Shown piece after piece: positions 57,981 to 64,000 of a DNA stretch of 64,000 nucleotides (position 1 is the first letter of the stretch; each line of letters starts with the position of its first letter). Position numbers and translations under genes: made by a program. Origin of the DNA: Octopus vulgaris (taxonomy: Eukaryota); the NCBI GenBank assembly GCA_951406725.2, contig OX597817.1, positions 48,794,001 through 48,858,000 of the forward strand, written 5' to 3'. Under the pieces are notes generated by a model. It was given only the letters and a program-made list of their open reading frames with translations. It was not told the origin of the DNA and did no database searches.

Positions 57981-58832
57981 ATACTTTATTTTACCGACCC
58001 CGAAAGAATGAAATATAACCTCTGTAGGTTTTGAAATCGGAATGTAAAGAGCCGGACCTTGGGCAAGTGTCTTTTAACATAACCTCGGACCGACCAAAAC
58101 CGTGTGAACGGACTTGTTAGATGGAAAGTGAAAGAAGATATATATATATATATATATATATATAACATACATATTGCTGAATTCTTACTCGTAGATGATA
58201 ACTCTACACTGGTTTTAGAGAAACTTTAAAAGCACTAATCACTTTGATCTAGGAGGGCCTGTGAAAACCATAGGCTGCTCCCTTCCTTCACACCAATTAA
58301 ATAAAATAAAATGCATGAAACTGCTTTGTATCGTTATTTTATCCAATATTTTATCTTTGAGGTTTATTTGTTATCATATTCTTTCCTTGCGAAGTCTGAA
58401 TAAGTCTAAATAAAGATGATTATTTTTAATAAGTCTTTTCTTAATTCGTGCTTATTATATACCTTTATTAATGTTGACTATTATTGGATACGAGTAATTT
58501 CGTCTGTAATAACTACAGCGCTCACAAACTGAAAATTCGTTCCTCGCAATGTACGGATATAAAATGGTCTTTATTGCCTGCTTTGTTTTCAGTAAAAATA
58601 TTTATTCTCAAATGTATGATGCTGTCACAAACCAATCACCACTTGCAGCTTCATAATGGAAGTCGACACCAATATTATGAATGACGACACGTAATTTGCA
58701 TTGTATTTTGATGGCCTGACATGCAAAGAGGTAAAAAGACTTTTTTACAACGTGGCAGACGTATGACAGGCAATATTAACCTCTCTGAACTACGTGTTAC
58801 TACGCATAAAGTAATGGGTGTTTTCTAAGGAA

Positions 58833-58863
<31 letters not shown>

Positions 58864-60917
58864 TCAGTTTGCATAATTAAACACATATGAACTGCAAGAT
58901 GTAACGAAGTATAAAAGTGCATAATTTTATTTTCTGATGTACGTTTATCAACAAACTTGAATAGAAAAAAAATGTAGCAATTATTTTAGAATTGAAATTT
59001 AAAAGTTGATACACATTAATAATTAGTTTTGTTGATTAATTTTTTTCGATTGTTTTATCTTTGATTGTTGTATCTTTGGAAATAAACTTTTAGCTATTAC
59101 AAGTGAAATCATTATTAATAAAAAATAAAGAACTGTTTAAATATGTAATTAGCAAACCCTTTGTAGACATTGTGTGTGAATTTGTATGGGTTTGTTCATT
59201 AACAAAAATATTATGTCCACAAGTATCTTAGTGAAGCGGAAAGGCGTGTTTGTATAGCTACCTAAAATTGAGCTGTGACAGGCACATCAAACTTACATGG
59301 CTAAGCTCTCAAACTACTATCCTCCGCCCGACTGATGGACTAAAGTCAACAAACCTTGACAAAGAAAAGTACTTCTATTGTTTCTGTTTACTGAGAATCA
59401 CAAGTAAAAGTTTGTTATTATTCACGAAGATTTTGGTTCACAAGTACTACAGGATATCTAGGGAAGGCAAAAACAAAATCTCAAAGGACATTTTCATAAT
59501 AAATGAAACTTTAAAAAATATTCTTGTGGGGACAAGGATAGAACTGAATAGTTTTCTAACGTTGTCTTCCTTAAATATACAATGTCTATATTATTTTACG
59601 GCAAATGAAAACAATGGCGCTTCTTAGCGAGGAATTGAATTTCACTGCGAGTGTAAATAATAAGGAAGGTAAAAACTACAAGCTGCATTTAATTAACCCC
59701 CTCCGTTTAGCCCAAATATGCTTTAAAATACCTGAAGTGTCTAGAGATCAGCGATAGATAATTTCTCTTATCCCGTGTTAGTATGTGTGTGAGTCAGTGA
59801 GCTTGTGTTCATTAATGTAATGTCATATTATAACGAGGCTTTAGCAACCGGTGAGTTTAAGAATCACATCTCCTTTATGCCGGGTTCTAACACCTGCAAA
59901 AAAAAGGCCTAAGGTAATGTCGTTTGGTTTGTCCCACCCTTCTCACCCATCATCAAGACCTTCGTGGGAAGGATATTCCTTAGAAACGCTTCACGCAGTC
60001 ACATAGATATGAGCGATTGTTTAATAGACACAACTTAAGGATCTCTTTCAGTTCTGCTCCTTGCGTTAACAAAAGAATTAGTAAACCCGGCGCAACAACA
60101 GCTGCAATATCTCCAGCACAAGGGCACAGACACGGAAATATGTTGAAACTACAGAGGGTCCGTTCAAACAACGTCAGATACAAGAGAGGCGCAACATCAC
60201 GTCCTTGGCCACCTACGTATGGCGTTTAAAAGAGGAGGGTACAACATACGTAATTAAATGGAAGTCCCTATAACAACTGGTACTGCACATCAACGAGATA
60301 AAACGGTGTAAGTTTGAAAAAATCCTGAAAAACTCTCTTGACCCCGGGAGTGTCTTAAACTCCAAAAAAATAATAATAACAAAAGAGTTGTTTAGTCGGT
60401 GCCCTCATCAGAGGAAATTCATATTGAAAACATGAAATTCTCCGACTAGGGAAAAGTAATCGTCCATATACGGCCCCTTTTAGACGCAAATGGGACCGAT
60501 CTAAAGGGATAACTCCATCTCGCCCAAAAGTTTTGTCGACCAGTAGAATTTCATTTGGGGATTTTTTTGTTTACAACCCTAACTCACCAAGATGTATTCC
60601 TTCCACCCTTTGTGGAGTGGTTATGTGCCTCCAACAAACAAGTAAGACGAGTCACCAATACCGCTAAGAGTTTTGTAGATGCGAAACCAATAGCCACTCT
60701 CCGGCCGGCTATGACAAACAACCTTCTAAGTATATATATACGTGTGTGTGTGTGTTTATTTACATATAAATGTTTATGCCTGTGTACTTGTGTGTAGACA
60801 ATGCTCCAGACAAACATTCAATATATGGTTGGAAAACAATTTTAAGAGGGCATAAATGCCTCATTGGCTGGATAAGTCCGTGTTTCATCAAAATGTGAAT
60901 GGTCTTCGGTACAGAAA

Positions 60918-62490
60918 GGCGGTGAGCTGGCAGAAACGTTAGCAAGCCGGGCGAAAAGCGTAGCCGTATTTCGTCTGCCGTTACGTTCTGAGTTCAAATT
61001 CCGCCGAGGTCGACTTTGCCTTTCATCCTTTCGGGGTCGATAAATTAAGTACCAGTTACGCACTGGGGTCGATGTAATTGACTGCTCCCACAAAAAGAAA
61101 ATCAGGTTTTGTGCCTGGAGTAGAAAAATGTATTAAATAGACGAATTGATCAAGGGAGACAATTCGGTTATTATTCTCGAACATATTTAAAGGAAATAAT
61201 GCTTTCAAATTTAGGCACAAAGCCAGCAATTTTTGACTGGAGGTGTTTAGTCGATTACAGTCACTCTAGTATTTGATTGGTTGTTTATTATACCGAACCC
61301 GAAAGGGTGAAAGGCAAAATTGCCCACGGTGGGATATGGAGTCAGAACGAAATGTGTCTGAAGAAATAGGCTAAGCATTTTGTCCTACACGCTATCGATC
61401 TTGCCAGCTCATTAAAGGAAATAATGGTTTCAAATTTTAGCACAAGGCCTGCAATTTTGAGGAAATGTGGTTTAGTCGATACTATCTACCCCAATAGTCG
61501 ACTGGTACTTTATTTTATCGATCCCAAAAGGATGAAGCAAAGACGATCTAGGCAGGATTTGATTTACGGGAAAGTGCTTCCAAATGTTGGCACAAGGCCA
61601 GCATTTTAGGTGGAGGGGGTTACTGGATTATATCAACCCCAGTACTTGACTGGTACTTTATAAATATGATAAACAAAGTTGCCCCAGGCGGAATTTGAAC
61701 TCAGAGCATAATGTATCGGATGAGATGTTACCAGACATTTTGTCTGACATGCTAGCGATTCTGGCAGATCGGAGCCTTCCTGAAAAGAAACAATCCTTTC
61801 TTCTATAAGCACAAAGCCATAAATCCGGAGGGAGAGGTATAGTCGAATTACATCGATTCCAGTGTTGGACAAGTACTTATTTTATTAACCCCGAAAGGAT
61901 GAAATATAAAACCGATCTCGGTGAAATTCGAACTCAGAACGTAAACACAGACAAATGCCTATTTCTTTACTACCCACAAGGGGCTGAACACAGAGGGGAC
62001 AAACAAGGACAGACAAACGGATTAAGTCGATTATATCGATCCCAGTGCATAACTGGTACTTAATTTATCGACCCCGAAAGGATGACAGACAAAGTCGACC
62101 TCGGCGGAATTTGAACTCGGAACGTTGCGGCAGACGAAATACCGCTAAGCATTTCGCCCGGCGTGCTAACGTTTCTGCCAGCTCGCTGCTTGAAATACCT
62201 ATTTCTTTACTACCCACAAGGGGCTAAACATAGAGGGGACAAACAAGGACAGACATAGGTATTAAGTCGATTACATCGACCCCGGTGTGTAACTGGTACT
62301 TAATTTATCGACCTCGAAATGATGAAAAGCAAAGTCGACCTCGGCGGAATTTGAACTCGGAACATAACGGCAGACGAAACACCGCAAAGCATTTCGCTCG
62401 GCGTGCTAACGTTTCTGCCAGCTCGCTGCCTGAAATACTGTTAAGCATTTTGATCGACGCGCTGACGATTCTACCAGTTCGGTGCCTTCC
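60918..62490. mobile_element. Cluster of SINE family 2 copies (one plus-strand copy, then about six minus-strand units)
   Basis: Repeated ccccgaaaggatgaaaggcaaagtcgacc-like cores. Confidence 0.8.
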
Positions 62491-63200
62491 TTCAAGGAAA
62501 TAATGAAAAATAAAATAATATACTTTATTCCCATTACAATATTTTTCGTTATTTCTCATTAATCACATTCGAAAATTTGTGAATTATCTTTTTCGCTCTA
62601 TTTACCTGTTTTTTTTTATATTGCTGCGTTAAGCATCTGAAATCATGCTTCTAAGCGGTTGAGACATCCAGCGTTCTTGGCCCCTGGACCATATCCCTGC
62701 TCACCGCTATCGGGGCGGACATTGGTGTCCGCAAGTACTAGCTCCGTCAGTCAGAGTGGCTGTTTAAGAGCATCTCTTTCGCCATCCTCCGGGGCAACGA
62801 CTTTTCCATTTTGTCCACTGGTGCTATGAGAAAGACTTCTATATTGTGAGAGGCAAGATTCTCCGTTTTTTTCTTCCTGATTACTGTGTGTCCTCTTCTT
62901 ATCTCACTTCCAGAAATTGTTAATTATTTTTATCAAATCTTATCCTATCCCGTCAAGTAGTTTGCTTATATCTCTACACGTTATGGAAATCGTTGTTCTT
63001 GAGTCTCATTTTGAAGTTTTGCAATATATATATAAAGACATGAAGCTGCTATGATATTTTGCGTCTTTGACTGAAGAGGAAAACTCAGCTGCGAATATTC
63101 CGTGTATCATGTCGTCGTCTAATTTCCCGTGTTTAGTTTTCGTCTTCTCTGCTTTCGTCCCCCTTGTTGTACTCTTTCTGTTCAACCCTTCATACACACA

Positions 63201-63239
<39 letters not shown>

Positions 63240-63243
<4 letters not shown>

Positions 63244-63648
63244 AGGTGTGGCTGTGTGGTAAGTAGCTTGTTTACCAACCACATGGTTCCGGGTTCAGTC
63301 CCACTGCGTGGCACCTTGGGAAAGTGTCTTCTACTATAGCCTCGGGCCGACCAAAGCCTTGTGAGTGGATTTGGTAGACGGAAACTGAAAGAAGCCAATC
63401 GTATATATGTATATATATATATGCGTGTGTGTGTTTGTGTGTCTGTGTTTGTCCCCCTAGCATTGCTTGACAACCGATGCTGGTGTGTTTATGCCCCCGT
63501 TACTTAGCGATTCGGCAAAAAGAGCCCGGTAGAATAAGTACTGGGCTTACAAAAGAATAAGTACCGGAGTCGAGTTGCTCGATTAAAGGCGGTGCTCCAG
63601 CATAGCCGCAGTCAAATGACTGAAACAAGTAAAAGAGTAAAAAGAGTA
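63240..63648 (+). mobile_element. SINE family 1
   Basis: Full-length copy. Confidence 0.85.
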
Positions 63649-63759
63649 TGCATACATGGATATATACGTCTGTTTCAGTTTATGCGATTTGCGATAAAAG
63701 AAATATTCATCTTTATTTACGACAAACTATCTAAGGCACAAATATGCAATCAGTTTTCC

Positions 63760-64000
63760 CGGGCATTTGGTCTTGATAGCCTTTCGTAACTGCCTCAGTG
63801 GTATGGCCCTTTTGAAAATAGTCAATGAACACAATGCCTTTTGCATCCCAAAAAACTGAGGCCATCACCTTCCCTGCAGATGAAGAGGGGTGTTACCATT
63901 GCTTGGATTGTCTGTCTCTGGCTTAAAGTAATGAACCCAACACTCATCCTGGATTAGGAAACGTTCAAAGAAACCAGCTGGATCTGCTTCAGTCAATGTC
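63760..64000 (-). pseudogene. mariner (DD34D) transposase remnant
   Basis: FERFLIQDECWVHYFKPET..SAGKVMASVFWDAKGIVFIDYFQKGHT, with internal deletions. Confidence 0.85.

Noticed and set aside
59860-60740. GC-richer unique-looking segment with short ORFs (also 49500-50060 and 62620-62870)
   Set aside because: Probably decayed retroelement sequence, but no motif could be identified with confidence.

Overview
AT-rich, microsatellite-dense animal DNA; the SINE repertoire points to an Octopus genome (inference). One protein-coding gene is supported: the 5' part of an organic anion transporter (OATP/SLCO4-like) on the minus strand. It has four phase-compatible coding exons (24213-23649, 8399-8124, 1879-1715, 560-464) and continues past the left edge. 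Candidate 5'UTR exons lie near 30.7-31.1 kb. Almost all other ORFs in the track are microsatellite or SINE artefacts. The rest of the window is tRNA-derived SINEs, non-autonomous Helitrons, MITEs, mariner/pogo remnants and LINE fragments (Dong/R4, RTE, Tx1-like, Jockey/CR1-group, Penelope). The most notable signal is a set of at least eight sequence-unrelated non-coding elements, most sitting inside (TA)n tracts. They form long fold-back or tandem repeats and carry minimal type I hammerhead ribozyme motifs with family-specific palindromic stem III and non-canonical cores, including a compensatory U3-A8 variant. This fits Penelope-like pLTR/retrozyme-type elements, and a decayed Penelope RT/GIY-YIG remnant lies in the same window. 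All structures were folded by eye and none is tested.
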